In this document: one piece after another, positions 24,916 through 38,143 of the stretch
Numbering within the stretch: the stretch's first letter is position 1
Layout: the number at the start of each line of letters is the position of its first letter
Source: Lytechinus pictus
Lineage: Eukaryota
NCBI RefSeq assembly: GCF_037042905.1
Contig: NC_087251.1
Location: 34,908,001 to 34,968,000 of the forward strand
Direction: 5' to 3'
DNA: 60,000 nucleotides
Program-made: the position numbers and the translations under genes
The notes under the pieces: model-generated
Told to the model about the DNA's origin: nothing
What the model saw: only the letters and a program-made list of their open reading frames with translations
Databases searched by the model: none

Positions 24916-25609
24916 ATTCCTTTATTATGCCTTCGTCATTTATTTACTGATTTATTGTTATTTGTTAACTCATTTATTTATTTATGGATTTATTTATCAC
25001 TTTATTCAATAAAATGGCTCCTGATTCCTGAAATAAAAACAACCAAATTGTAAAATACAAAAAGTAATAATACATGCATCCGGTAAAATATAACACATCA
25101 ATGAAAGTTCAAAGTATGCATATTAATCAAAGCAGTTTCAATAATTAGTAAAGATTAGTCAATCTTTCAAAAATTGATAATTATTCACTGAAATCGTTAG
25201 GAAGGTTTGGGTAAAGGCAAGTGTGGTAATGTAGGAAACTCGAGAAATGTGTCATATATTGTTTGCGAGAGATAACAGATCTTACATGGAACATAACAGA
25301 AGGAAAATGGCTTTATCTTGTTAAATGAATGTGAATCTGATATGTTTAAATAGAAAGTCTTTATACCCAACTGTTTTCACTTCATACGATGAATTCTATG
25401 CAATGTAATTACGCACAATATTGTTTTTAAGATTCTTAATTAATTCAATACATTTGTGATTGATCTCATTCACATTATCATATTAATGCAGAACAACACG
25501 TGGTTGAATTTCAACCTTGGTAAACATTTTGTAGTAAGTTATAAAATTGCACGAAAAGAATATTCAACATAATATTCAGCACAAACAGAAGAAAACAAAA
25601 CCAATGTTA

Positions 25610-26625
25610 CAGCGTGTCCCACAAAAAATGTTACTGGCATTTTAAATGAGTATTATGTAAAAAATACTAAATCATTTTATATAATTTTATAATCTTAAAC
25701 TGGCATTTGTATTGTATAAGTGGCTTCAATTTTATGCGATATGGTCCATTGAACACAGAGATATGAGCCTTCTTTCAGCACTCGTCAGAAAACCTCTCCA
25801 TCCAAGTTATATTATTATGTTGAATAAAGTGCTTAGTTCATGCAATTACGTCTTCATTCAATTTTATTTCCTTTTTTTTTAGATTGTAGACCCACAAAAT
25901 GCGGCCCATTCTTAAGTTTAAAAGAAACTTATACTAAAAATATAAATATATATACTAAACATTAACTACAAGGAAATGAATTAAAACCTATTTTTAATCC
26001 ATGATCTGACTTTGAAAAGTTCTGTATTTTTTCATGCCTAATATTTTGTTTGTAGGGATGAAATTCTAGGTTTGTTTGAGCATATCTTAGAACCACGAAG
26101 GCCCTCTGCTCGCGGGTTAACTGCCGCCCCACCATAATTGATTATCATGAATGATTGAGAATTGCAATTTTTCTTTTGAACCTAGATGCAATCAAAGTGT
26201 TGGTATGTTATGGGATGTGTCCTGATGAAGATGATAACCTACACTGGTCAGAATCCATGTTTCAACAAATGCGCATATCTCTGTATTGTTCGTCATGTAA
26301 TCAAGAATTTCATCAGATGAATGAATAGGTCATCTTCAATTCCTGAATAAAAGAAAATCCTTGCTGATTTACGTCTGTGGCTGGACGTGAATAGAAAACA
26401 AATCATGTAAGCTGAAACTGCACATACTACTAAATACAAAACTTCGATGGAGAGGTTTCCTGATGTGTAATGAAAAAAATGCTCATATTTTTGTGATTAT
26501 TAGACCATATCACATAAAATTTCATCCACTTGTAGAAAATTAATTGTTGTTTACGGTTGTGAAGGTATAATTCATATAATGTCGTAATTCTCATGTTATA
26601 CCCATCTAAATTGTGGGACACGCTG
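25610..26625. mobile_element. Tc1/mariner-like non-autonomous element, ~1.0 kb
   Basis: TA|CAGCGTGTCCCACAA ... TTGTGGGACACGCTG|TA: perfect 15-bp TIR with TA target duplication; no transposase ORF. Confidence 0.85.
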
Positions 26626-29173
26626 TATTCACGAAAACAAAAGAATTCTTCGATGATTGTGTCGTCATCAATATTTAGCAGAGCAAAGGATTGGCACAAA
26701 ATTTTGAGGGACAGTTGTCACATACACTTAGCGTCTGTTTTGATATCCCGATGGTCAAAACATCTGTAAATGAATTTTCAGTCGAAAAAAATCACCTTCC
26801 CAATCATAATACGGAACTTCAACACATAAATTAAAAAACGGTTCATTCATTCCTAGACATTTTCATTATTACAAGGATTTGGTAACAAAAAAATTGAAGG
26901 TTATGTAGTAAAAGTCATAATGTATATTCCTCCCTTATAAAATTGCAGTGACTGAAGTTTTGGGGTTATCTTGTGATCGCCTCTGGGACATCTGTTTTTT
27001 GTATTTATTCTGATCTGTTGAGGTGTCACTTTCATTTTGAAAAGATGACAAAACATTTCGTGCACTCTGCAAAGTCACCAAAATAATAAAGGAAACTACA
27101 AGTAAATAAAAGTTAATGTCGACGATGTATATGTTGCTCGTACATGTCGTTGGGGGGGGGGGGGGGGCATGGCGAATTAACACTAAAATTGCAAATTTCT
27201 AAATACAAACGTGCAGACACAACGGAGAGTATATGATCAAAATATTGTATCCACAATTAGATGACGATATATAGTGCAGCTGATGGGGCGTAATAAATGA
27301 ATGGTGCACGATAATACGTTTGTTGGCTTCTTCCATGAAAATCTCGCCATTCCTGTATGAAATCATGGTAATATGTTCCTAAACTTCATCCGATGTCAGT
27401 AGTGTGTTATAGCGTGGGCCATGGAACCGATTTGAAAAGGGGTAGGGCTGACCATACAAAAATTACAATCCGATTGAACACATTAATGGAGAAAAAATTG
27501 GGGGCTGACCCCCCCCCCCTCCCTCTCAGTGCCGCGGCCCCTGGATAGGGGCAATTATCTTGGATTTCAGCACAGTGTTGAACTTTAGAACATGATAAAA
27601 AAATGAACACTTTCACAGACATAATTATTGCTGTTGAATTACTTATTGTTTTTTCCTGCGAGTATTGCGAATCTTGTAAAATGTCAAACGATTTCCACGT
27701 AACATTAACAAAACAACATCAAATACAAAGACACAAAACATCGATTTGGATTTAATCCTGATGAATGTATTCATTATTTTCAAATATTATTTTACAGAAC
27801 TAAAACCATGAGCGGAACAGAGGCCGTTCTAAATAATATCATTCAACTAAGACTTTTTAGATAAAAGTCTGGTTCTATTCATCATTGCCTATTCCATTTC
27901 CAATTTCCTTAATTTTATTTATTTCCCAATGAAATTGGCAATAGAAATGTAGTGTTTTAGTTCTTACGCTCCAAATAGGATTGGGCAAAATGTGCTGGTT
28001 AATAATTAGTCCGAAAAATATGGAAATCAAATTCTGATGCGTTTTTAACCGACAAAATTCGATTTGGCTCTCGAGTTTCAAATTATCAATCTTCATAAAT
28101 ATGAATATTTCTTATCGTATTCATATTCATAAACGCATAAATTGTGGTTAGTTTATAAGAAACCTTTGTATTCTAAAGGTTAACAACCGAATTTAAAGTT
28201 CTAAATTTAGACATGTTAATAGAAAAGGTTGATTTCGTTATCACTTATATTGTGATTTGTATCTACTTTTGGATTTGTGTGGAAATCTTTGGCATTTAGT
28301 AGGTCACCTAATCACAGCAGTTGTATTAAATGTGAATTCTTTGGTATGGAAACGGGAAGTCTTAGATTTTAAAAGAGAAAGAAAGAAGATGAAGACCAAT
28401 CTACAAAATACTGACAGAATCGGAAATGCTGAACATGTCATGTCAAGTATAGCCAGCATGAATAACATCGTTTTTTGTTATACATGGTTATTTTTTAATA
28501 TATTTTTTCGGAGGGGGAGGAGCCCCTACCCTATCTTCCACAGAACGCCAGTACGTGTCATTTGAAATTGAGTTGTAAACTGTGTATAGCTTATTATGTA
28601 ATATGGTGAAATATTTGAACGTAAAATCAGACTTTATGAAACTGTTCTACCGAAATACGGATATTCTTGACCCTGGCTCGCTTATCTCCGCGTCCCGGAA
28701 GAGCGAACGACTTCCGCCTTGGAGATGCAATCCCGGAAACTACAGCTGCATGAGGAAGAGAACCATTGACCATCGAAAGTGACCACCAGGTTGAGGTATA
28801 TACCGAGTTACTTTTTTCGGGCGTTATCAAAAAATAAATATATGTAACAAGAACATGATGAAAGCGCGCTAATTAAATGTAAAGATTGTGTAATTTCGAA
28901 GAACCACCGATTTACCATCAGTTAACAGGTTAAGGAATAAATTATCATAGAGATAATACTCATTTGCGAATGGTGCAATAAACATGGAACAATGAAAAAT
29001 AATTTGATGGCCTTAAACTTTTGTTAGATTTGAAAATTAGAATTGAACGATTCAGGTTTGATGATTTTTTAAATCAAACTAAACGATTAAAAACTAAACG
29101 ATAATATTTCTAGAGTATAACGATCCCCTAGGATTCCACTATCTATACACGCTAGTTCAGAGAATAACAAACA

Positions 29174-29835
29174 CTAGTGGCAAATGGCAATGGGTCAAAT
29201 ATTTTGAAGGGTGAACATGTGGGTAGTTCGAATTGTCGCGAGCAAGTGAAGCAAGCGGATAAAAAAAAAATCCCTTTTGATAATTTTTTGTGACAATGTC
29301 ATGAGAACCAGAAACTGATTCCGTATTTCATCCTTGTTCCTTTAATTTTCTTAAATTTTATTATCCCCCCCTCGGAAGTGTTTGTAGGGGGTGGGGGCAA
29401 GGTGCCCCAAGCCCCCCCCCCCCTTCATATACGTTAGTAATACAACACATTAGATACAATAGAATGAGAGAGAGGGGGAGAGGAATATTGACAGTTTGAA
29501 AGGGCATGAACGCTATTTGGATTTTTGAGAAATAAGATCACTAATTATGTGGCGTAGTGACCCAAAGATTTTGAGGGGGCCAGACATGGTTTGGGGGACA
29601 ACATTTTTTAAAAGCTGCGAGAGAGAGCAAAGGGAACAAGAATGTTTTTTATTTTTCATTTTTTCGTCTTTTGATTAAAAAACATCTTTTTTTTATAAAT
29701 AAGATTTTTTTAAATTTAGAAAATAGTATAATGATCATGATGATTCTCCCTTTTCATTTCTTTTCTTTTTCTTATTCGGTGTGGGGGGGGGGGTGGTCCA
29801 TGGTCCCCACCCCCCCCCCCCTCCCCATCTGTACA
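29174..29835 (+). mobile_element. Two adjacent diverged copies of a ~250-280 bp dispersed repeat (GCGAGCGAAGCGAGC family; possibly hAT-like MITE)
   Basis: Shared architecture: gtggcgta..aaa(g/t)attttgagggggcca..catgg, then a gcgagc-aagcgagc motif, attttgtga, a T-rich tract, and gggggg..ccccccc..tacg(c/t). Confidence 0.6.
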
Positions 29836-31184
29836 TTTGTGCTGTATGCACATCTAATATGTAAAATTTCAGGCTCAATGTCCATACCTTCAATATTTAT
29901 TCTAAGCATCTTATCCTTCGGGGTAACAAACCAAAGTGTATCATAGATTGCAATGTTATAGGCCCTACTGAATTATATCATCAGAAAAAGAAAAGGATTG
30001 TAAAAGTATCATTGTGCTTTGTTATTCAATAGAACTATCTATATCAATTCATCATAATCTATTCGCTTTGTTTAGGGTTTACAATTTTGCTGATATATTA
30101 TCTCTTAAACGTTTAATCTTTTTGGATCCCTAACAAGTTCTTTTCTTCTTCCTTAAAAATAAAAATGTATATAGATTTCACTTCTTCAAAATAAAATTGA
30201 TGTTCCCACCTCGAAACATGCAACCCAACGAGCTTTTGTTCTCAATCGACCTTCATTACGAAATAATAACAATAATTCCGAGAGTTCAAATATATTCAAA
30301 AAGTACAAATCGAGGTTCAATCAAATTTAATTAGTATTTCCTGCTTTGTTTGGTTTGTAAATGACATAAGAGGGTAGACTTCACAGTTTATCTATTATTT
30401 TGGTTCATGATCGATAGAACGTTCTTTGGTACGTGTTGTATGGTTTAACCATTTTGTTAATATTTTACCACATTATCATTTATTTATTTGTAGGCAGTTA
30501 GTCTACCACTTTTCTATAATCATTATTATATTCAGTTCAGTTCTTATGAACTAAAGTAAGAGAAAGCGGAATGAAATTAATGAATTTATTTATGCAGGTT
30601 TACCACTTCATTACAAAGTTAACCTGTTTTAATCCTTACAAAGTTCGGGACAAAACAATAGAGATTTTGAGGAAAAGCAGTCGCATTGAAACAACTTTGT
30701 AGTTTGTAACTATAAAACAGAATAATATTAGATCCCAATTCGAAATTCATTCATATGTTAATGAACCAAGTTATATATACGCAACGTGATCCCTAAACAC
30801 AATGGTGGTTTGTTTCTTAAGTCTGAGCCATAATATTTTTAGACAAACTTACTTTTCGTGCAATAACAAGCCACGAAAACTTGTCTTGGGTTTCAAATGC
30901 CCCATTGTTACTGTCTGTATATAGAGTGGAGATCAAACTAAAGGCTTTGAATTGCAGGATGTATCAACTCGGTATGAACTGTATCACAAACATGAAAAGT
31001 ACTCACGAACTTATTTTGACGAGAGAGATAGATAATAGACAGAGGATGTTAGAAAGAGATGTTTGGAGAGAGAAGCAGGCAGATGGAGAGAGAGAAAGAG
31101 AGAGAGAGAGGGGGGGGGGGGGCTATACAGGAGAATGGAAGAGAAAGAAAATCGTGATAATCATGATGAGTCGCAACAATCTCT

Positions 31185-31554
31185 AATGCTTTTCACACTC
31201 CATACTATCCTTAACCCCGGACTATCCTTAACCCCATACCATCTTTTTTTTTTATTCACACTGTCTTTTTTTTATCCCTTTTACCATATATACAGAGCGC
31301 GATTGACATGCAATTTCGACTTCTGTGATTGGCTAATGCTTAGCCACACTTCTCCTTAGTGTTTCGTTTCACACTGCACCTCTTTGCAAACCATGTTTTT
31401 TTTGCAGGGCTAGATAGTACCGTAAAACGTAGTGTGAAAACGAAGGGGGCTAAGCTTAACCCCAGGAAATTGGTGGGGCTAAGACCCCCCCCCCCCCCTT
31501 AGCCCCACCAATTTCCCGGGGTTAAGGAAAAAAAGGTGCAGTATGAAAAGCATA
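31185..31554. mobile_element. PIF/Harbinger-like MITE (TATGCTTTTCA TIR family)
   Basis: Left aatgcttttcacact, right agtatgaaaagcata|taa; subterminal cttaacccc/ggggttaag repeats; homologous to 442-600. Confidence 0.8.
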
Positions 31555-33254
31555 TAATTAATTTAATTTTGTTATTAATTGTAGGCCTGTGTGCATATGT
31601 GATGGTTATTGTATTTCAACAGCTCAATGTCACTTTCCTGTTTGCAATATGACTTAATTTACTAGGAATGGTAATCTTAATTGTGATTTGTTAGAAATGT
31701 AATAAATGAAATTTTCAGACTATAACAAACATGAAGCAAAAAGTTAGAACGTTTGAAGTTATACGACAAGGCTTACTTATATAAATCAAGACAATAATCT
31801 TTTAAAACAATAATTCAAATTCAAATTCATTCATTTCACATCTATATAAAAAAAAATATACAGTACAACGAGATCAAATCAATCAACTAATTCCATAATA
31901 AAATAAAACAGCAATGACAATTGTAGAATTTGGACAAAATAACAAAATACATAAGGTTATGAATGGGATGTGAGGGAACTAATCGTTGTGGTCAACAATT
32001 AGCTTCATACATCAATTCAAGTGAGATCACAGCAAAATATCTTATATTTTACTCAGTTGTTGATCATTAATATCTTACCAAACAGGCCCACAAGGTTACA
32101 AGGTAAACTCAGGTAAAGTGTGTTTACCAAGGACCAAACTCAAAGTGCAATAAACTCAAATCTGAATCGAATGATTATTTTTTTTTTAAAGGTTTCGCTA
32201 CACAGAATATGTAATTGCGTGCAATGACAAGAAAATGTCAAATTACACAAAGTGACCGATAATTTCAAGATAAAATGGAATAAGAATTGTGTTATCGTTC
32301 TGTTAAATTAGTTTGAAATTAAACTGTTTAAAATGTTCGCGTTTTATTGATAAATATAATAATTATTAAACGGTACGGATAATAAATATTATTTTGTCAA
32401 AAAAAAAAATCCATGAGCTGAAAAGAAGACTTTCTATACATTGCACTGTCATTAACAGACGGTAGTTGTATAGACACTCTTAACGGGAAGACTCATGATT
32501 TAATCATGTAATTTATGTATTTCTTTCTTTGTTTGATTACATCATGTTTCAACGTTTGTTTCATGGTCAAACCGAAATGGGCACTAATGCTCACCTTAAA
32601 CTGCGAAACAGCCATATGCAAAAGAAATAAAGCAATTCAAAAATATATAGAATTTTGGTTAATAAAGGTTGAAATATTCGGGCGAATCAAGTTTTACAAT
32701 GTTTACAGCCATATCATAGCATTAATGAGTCTGTTTCGCTTCCTTTATTATCTGCCAAATAACCTGATCAAGTTGACAATTAACCTCTCAATCCAATTAA
32801 AAATTGTGGTTTGAATGAGAAAAAAAAAGCACAACCATAATTCATTTCCAGTGTCACGTGGTCTTCCTGTATTTCCCTGTTTGGAGTAAGGTCGGAAAAG
32901 GGATGCATCCTGAAATTTTAGGAGAGGAAAAAATGTCGTTATTTCCCATGACAGCTTAATTATTGGTGGATTAACAGATACAAATTGAAGGCCGTTGCTA
33001 ATCGTTTTACGATCATCATCATCTTTAGCGCTGTATACGAGTCATTCCAGCCAATTTGATAATTGTACAAATTGTAAGTCTAAATGACTTTTCATCACAA
33101 TTATCATTAGGTTATTTTGTTTGACATGCAACTACGCGAAGCGTATAATTAATGTTATTTTAGTTATTACAAATGCCAGTATCGCTGAGCCTAATTGTCA
33201 TTGAGTTGACGAAATTTCAAAGTTTACCAGGTCTAAGATATTTATATACTGTAA

Positions 33255-35212
33255 ATGAGTAGTGAAATTAGCCAAAAATTTCGAGGGGGCCAAACATGGC
33301 GTATTGGGCAAAATTTCTAAAAAGCTACGAGCGAAGCGAGCGACCAATTTTTTTTAAAGATTTTTATCATACAAAAATCTAATTTTGTGATAGGTAATAT
33401 TCGGTAAATGATGATATATTTCACCTTTTTCCCCCTTTTTTTAAGTAACAGTCATTCTGACAAGAAAAAAACGAGTTAAAATTCTTTCAAATGGTTACTC
33501 TGCCCTCCACTCCACCCCCGTGCCCTTTTACCATCTTTCGTCCTTCAAATGTTACGATATTAGTATTTCTTTCTATTTTTTCCCCGAGAAGGGTCAGCTG
33601 AACTGAAACTGAACCAGCGGATTTTTATTATGTAATAATTATCTAAGTCACCACCTGTTAAGAAACTATTTTCCCACTCAGGTACTTAACTAGATATCTT
33701 ACTTTTAATTCATAGGACCTTATATCCACGCTAACGATATTCTTTAATGACGACATTGGTAGCATGATAAGCCAAAAGTTTTGAGGGAGGGAAGATATGA
33801 CTCATGGGACAGATTTATTAAAAAGTGCGAGCAATTGATACCAAAATCTCAGATTCAGTGACATATTAAAAACAATTATATATATCACCCCTTTTCATTT
33901 TATTTTCTTTCCTTTTCTCATTATTTTTGGTCGTGCCAAAATCTTCTGAGCCTAAAATTAGAAGGGGGGCTACTATGCAAAAAAATCACGAGGAGATGGT
34001 CATTTCTGTGTTTTTGGACACGGTTATGGAGAAAAAAGCCCAGCCCCCCCCCCCCCCCCCGTGTCCCGCACTCCCTGCATCCTTCCATACGCCGACTCTG
34101 GATGCACCCGACACCTACCTCTTTGCCAGGTCCAAATATTCCGGCAGCCAAAATGCTTTCATTTTCGGGGGGGGGGGGCAGGTGTGTGAATTTCTATGAG
34201 AAAGCGAGGGAGGAAGCGCCCAAGCCTAATGTCAAATTTACCAGTAATTTACCAGCGGCGTAACAGGGGTCGGTGGCCAGGGGGGGGGGGGGGGGCAAGA
34301 GCCAAAATATTCCCGGTCATATCATGGTATGAACAGGCGTAATGGGGTAATGAGGCGACGATTTTGAGAGGGCCAGACATTTCGTATCAAGCAGAATTTT
34401 TTTTTTTAAGTTGCGAGCGAAGCGAGCGAGCAAAAATGTTGACATTTTTAATACAAAAATCCAATTTTGTGATAAAGTTTGACATGAAATCCAGAGAATA
34501 ATATATTTCACTCTTTTCTCTTTCCATTCCTTTTTGTGTGTGGTCTGTATGCCACTGTGAACATGATTCTTTGCGGCAGTAGCGTGAAGAGTAAAAAAAA
34601 CGAGAGGCGCAGTATGGCGCATGTGCTAAAAAGCTGTCTAATATAAGTTCCGAGCGAGAATAAAAATCACATTTTCATGAGAATTTAACTTTGAGATATT
34701 TTTTGACATTATATTCAGTAAATAAAATCATATCCTAAACTTTTCCTTTGCTTTTCTTTCCTCCTTTTTTTTCTTGGTTGTAGAAATTTTGGGGACCATG
34801 GCTCAACCCTTCCATACTCATACAGGGCAGTGCTATGCGGTTGGGGTCCGTCTTGAGCCCCCGGAACTTCTTGATATCAAAGCCATTTAAACCTCGCAGA
34901 TTGCCGATATTTTTAATCAAATCGCGGGTATATACAGAATATAGCTTTTACACAACACATTTATTCAACCCAGTTGAACCAAATATTTTGAGGGGGCAAA
35001 ACATAGCAATGTAAGAAAATTTGTAAAAAGTCGCCAGCGAGCAAAGCGAGCTGGAATTTTTTTTAAATTATGTGATAGATATCCATTATATTCAGCAAAT
35101 AACACATTTCATTGTTTCCATTCATTTCATTATACATTGTCTCCTATAATTTCTTTAATTTCCTCTTGGGTGTAGAACCAAGAACCCCCCCCCCCGCGCC
35201 TGTACGCCAGTG
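33255..35212 (+). mobile_element. Cluster of ~5 same-orientation copies of the GCGAGCGAAGCGAGC repeat family
   Basis: Copies start near 33260, 33760, 34335, 34585 and 34975. Most have ttt(c/t)gag(g/a)gggcca..cat, aaaagNNgcgagc(gaa)gcgagc and atatttcac; the last ends ccccc..tgtacgccagtg. Confidence 0.65.
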
Positions 35213-35230
35213 ATTGAACGTAAAGCTTAA

Positions 35231-35820
35231 AGGACAAGTCCATCCCCAACAAAATGTTGATTTGAATAAAAAGAGAAAAATGCAACAAGCATAACACTTA
35301 CAATTTCATCAAAATCGGAAGTAAAATAAGAAAGTTATGACATTTTAAACTTTCGCTTAATTTCACAAAACAGTTACATTCACGTCATTGTCGGTAAGCA
35401 AATGAGGAGACTGATGACATCACTCACTCACTATTTCTTTTGTATTTTATTATATGAAATATTCCAATTATCTCCCTGTTGTCGTGTGAAACAATGATTA
35501 ATTCCTCCCTGAACATGTGCAATTAGCATTGTTTAATTATGTATGGTTCTATCAAGTTGATCCTTAATGTCATATTTGTAAAAAATGAAATAATTCAAAC
35601 AATAAGAAACAAAAGAAATAGTGAGTGAGGGAAATCATCGACTGTCTAATTTGCAAGTCACTGAGTTATGCATATCACTGTTTTGTAAAAAATAAGCGAA
35701 ACTTTAAAATGTCATAACTTTCTTATTTTACATCCGATTTTGATGAAATTATCAGCATAATGCATGTTTGATTTTTCTCTATTTATCCAAATCAATATTT
35801 TTCTGGGATGGACTTGACCT
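35231..35820. mobile_element. TTAA-flanked palindromic MITE (Kolobok/T2-like), 590 bp
   Basis: TTAA|AGGACAAGTCCATCCC ... GGGATGGACTTGACCT|TTAA with long imperfect inverted arms (aatttcatcaaaatcgga..taagaaagttatgacattttaaa / tttaaaatgtcataactttcttatttt..catccgattttgatgaaatt). Confidence 0.9.
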
Positions 35821-36932
35821 TTAATGTAGAAAAGGGTCCCTAAAGGGGGCGTTATAGAGCCATTTAAAGGTGATAGATGAAGAGCCCCTACTGCGTGGGG
35901 TCTGGGGCAAAGCCCCGGTAGCTTATTTGCATAAAATTTAGCAAGCTTATAGCACAATATTGTATGCAGTCCATCTTTCTTCCCGCTCTTTTTTTTCTAT
36001 CCTCGGCAGCCCGGTTATGTTATTTAGTTTTTTTTTCTTGTCCCTTTTCTTTGTTTTCCAATCTAGCTCTTGACTAATTCCATTCTACCTTCATTTCCCG
36101 CTATTGTTTGCCATTTTGTCATCTTTTAATTTTTTCCCATCATGCTATTGCATTACATAGGCCTATTTCGGAATGATTTGTTCTTTCTCAAATGTTCTTT
36201 CGTTCCTTTTCCCGCCTTTCTTCCTTTTCCATTAAAAATATTTTTTTCTTCTTCGTTTTCTTTTCACTTTTCCCTTTCCTTTTCCTTTCCCTCCTTTCCT
36301 TTTCCCCTTTCCTTCCCCTTTCCCTTTCTTTCTCCTTCCCTTTTGTTTTTTCCCGTTTTTTTTATTTTCCTGGTGAAATCCGCCAGGGGGGCAGCTTGCC
36401 CCCCTGCCCCCCGCCTGTTACGCCACTGCCCCTGCCGCTTACAGCTCTGGCTGCTGGCACCAGGTGAAAATGATTTGTGCAGATAATTATTTCTCTCATC
36501 AAACACGATTAAGAAATGTATTTATTTTATTATTCCAACCCCTATCGTTATATCCTGGAATGGCCCCTTTTTATGTAGAATGCTTAGATATTATATGGGT
36601 GAAGCAATAGTAAGTCAATAACCCATAACTTCGAATTGAAATACAACATGTATAAGGTGTAAACTACTAGCACCCCATACATCAAGTAACCTTAATGCTC
36701 GCAAGCGAAGTGAGCGATATAACATTTTACTTTTGTTTGCTTGCCCTGTCTTCTCTTTCTTTTCTCTTCTCTTTTTTTATAAAAGGAATTGTGAAACTGT
36801 GACATCAGCCCGCGCATTTTTTAAGATCTGATTTTGGAGAAATTTTCAGCATTTAATATGCTGGTTTGATTTTTAGCCAAATAAATACCTTCATTTTTTA
36901 GAAGGGGGTGCTGGACTTCCCCTTTAATGATT

Positions 36933-37152
36933 CGACATGATAAGGCTATGGGGTCGACTCGATAAGGCTGTGGAGTCGACACGATAAGGCTGTGGGGTCG
37001 ACACGATAAGGCTGTGGGTTCGACACGATAAGGCTGTGGGGTCGACACGATAAAGCTATGGGGTCGACTCGATAAGGCTGTGGGGTCGACTCGATAAGGA
37101 TATGGGGTCGACACGATAAGGCTGTGGGGTCGACACGATAAGGCTGTGGGGA
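36933..37152. repeat. 22-bp minisatellite, 10 head-to-tail units
   Basis: Unit CGACACGATAAGGCTGTGGGGT starts at 36933, 36955 ... 37131, with 0-3 substitutions per unit and no spacers. Confidence 0.95.
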
Positions 37153-37872
37153 CGACGACTCAATAAAGGACCTCGCCTTCCCGTCATGTACAATGGCACT
37201 TATGTTAACGCTCCTTGGTCGTCAGAAATTCTGACGCATATATGCAGTAAGCATGGTAAGAAATCTACACTGAAAAGATCAACCAAGCAGGCCGAGGGAC
37301 GACACGAATTTAACATTAAATCAGATATTATATGGGATGACGAACAACTTTTAAATAATGAATGTATTGCTGGTACATTAATGCCCATAGAGTATGAACT
37401 TAGATGGGGCGCTCGCTGTGGAGATTTGAATGGATTATTTGAAAAGGATGCCAAGAGAGATTTTTCGCCCCGCGGCGTATGGAGGGTTCAATAACACAGT
37501 AAATGTATTGAAAATGCCCGCCAAATGACTAGAACAGCTGGGAGGTCTTTGTCGAAAATAGATGACCGAAACAACAGTTCGTTCGAAGTTTCGTAGCTAA
37601 CGAATGTTGCAAATTTGTCGTTTTTCCAGAGTCAAGGACGAAAATTATGTTTTGATTCACCAATTTTCGACAAAGACTTCTTGACTGTTCATTGTCATGA
37701 AGTGCACTTGACAATACATTTTCTATGTTCTTGAAAGCGTTCTGCGTCCCGGTGCGAAAACTCTACATTGTCACACAAACGGAACCGACTCCAAAACCTA
37801 AGAATGGTTTTTCATTGTGGTTTAAACTTTGTTAATGCGATCTGGAGTCGGTGTACATTCGTTGAGCACATG

Positions 37873-38143
37873 TAATAATAATATAGGGTATTTATATTGC
37901 GCACATATCCGCCTTGTTAGGTGCTCAAGGCGCTCCTATATTACCCGGCTATGCTAGGCGTTCATAGCGCACACAGCTTTTTAAGGAATTACTTCCTACC
38001 GGTACCCATTTACCTCACCTGGGTTGAGTGCAGCACATTGTGGATCAATTTCTTGCTGAAGGAAATTACGCCATGGCTGGGATTCGAACCCACGACCCTC
38101 TGTTTCAAAGTCCGAAGACTAATCCACTGGGCCACAACGCTCC
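37873..38143 (-). mobile_element. Full-length tRNA-derived SINE
   Basis: The minus strand reads GGAGCGTTGTGGCCCAGTGG (A box) ... GGTTCGAATCCCAGCC (B box) ... CCCAGGTGAGGTAAATGGGTACCGG ... CCTTGAGCACCTAAC ... GCGCAATATAAATAC ... (TAT)n tail; homologous to 59219-59493. Confidence 0.9.

Noticed and set aside
34253..36428. One 2.2-kb composite hAT element bounded by CAGCGGCGTAACAGG / CCTGTTACGCCACTG
   Set aside because: The ends are inverted-complementary, but the flanks (taatttac vs cccctgcc) show no target-site duplication; more likely ends of separate copies.
36933..37152. CRISPR-like appearance of the 22-bp repeat array
   Set aside because: Units are directly adjacent with no unique spacers, there are no cas genes, and the context is eukaryotic; it is a minisatellite.
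38075..38143. tRNA-like sequences (also 24340-24408 and 59219-59290)
   Set aside because: A and B boxes are present, but they run into a shared SINE body and I could not form a full cloverleaf; these are SINE heads, not tRNA genes.
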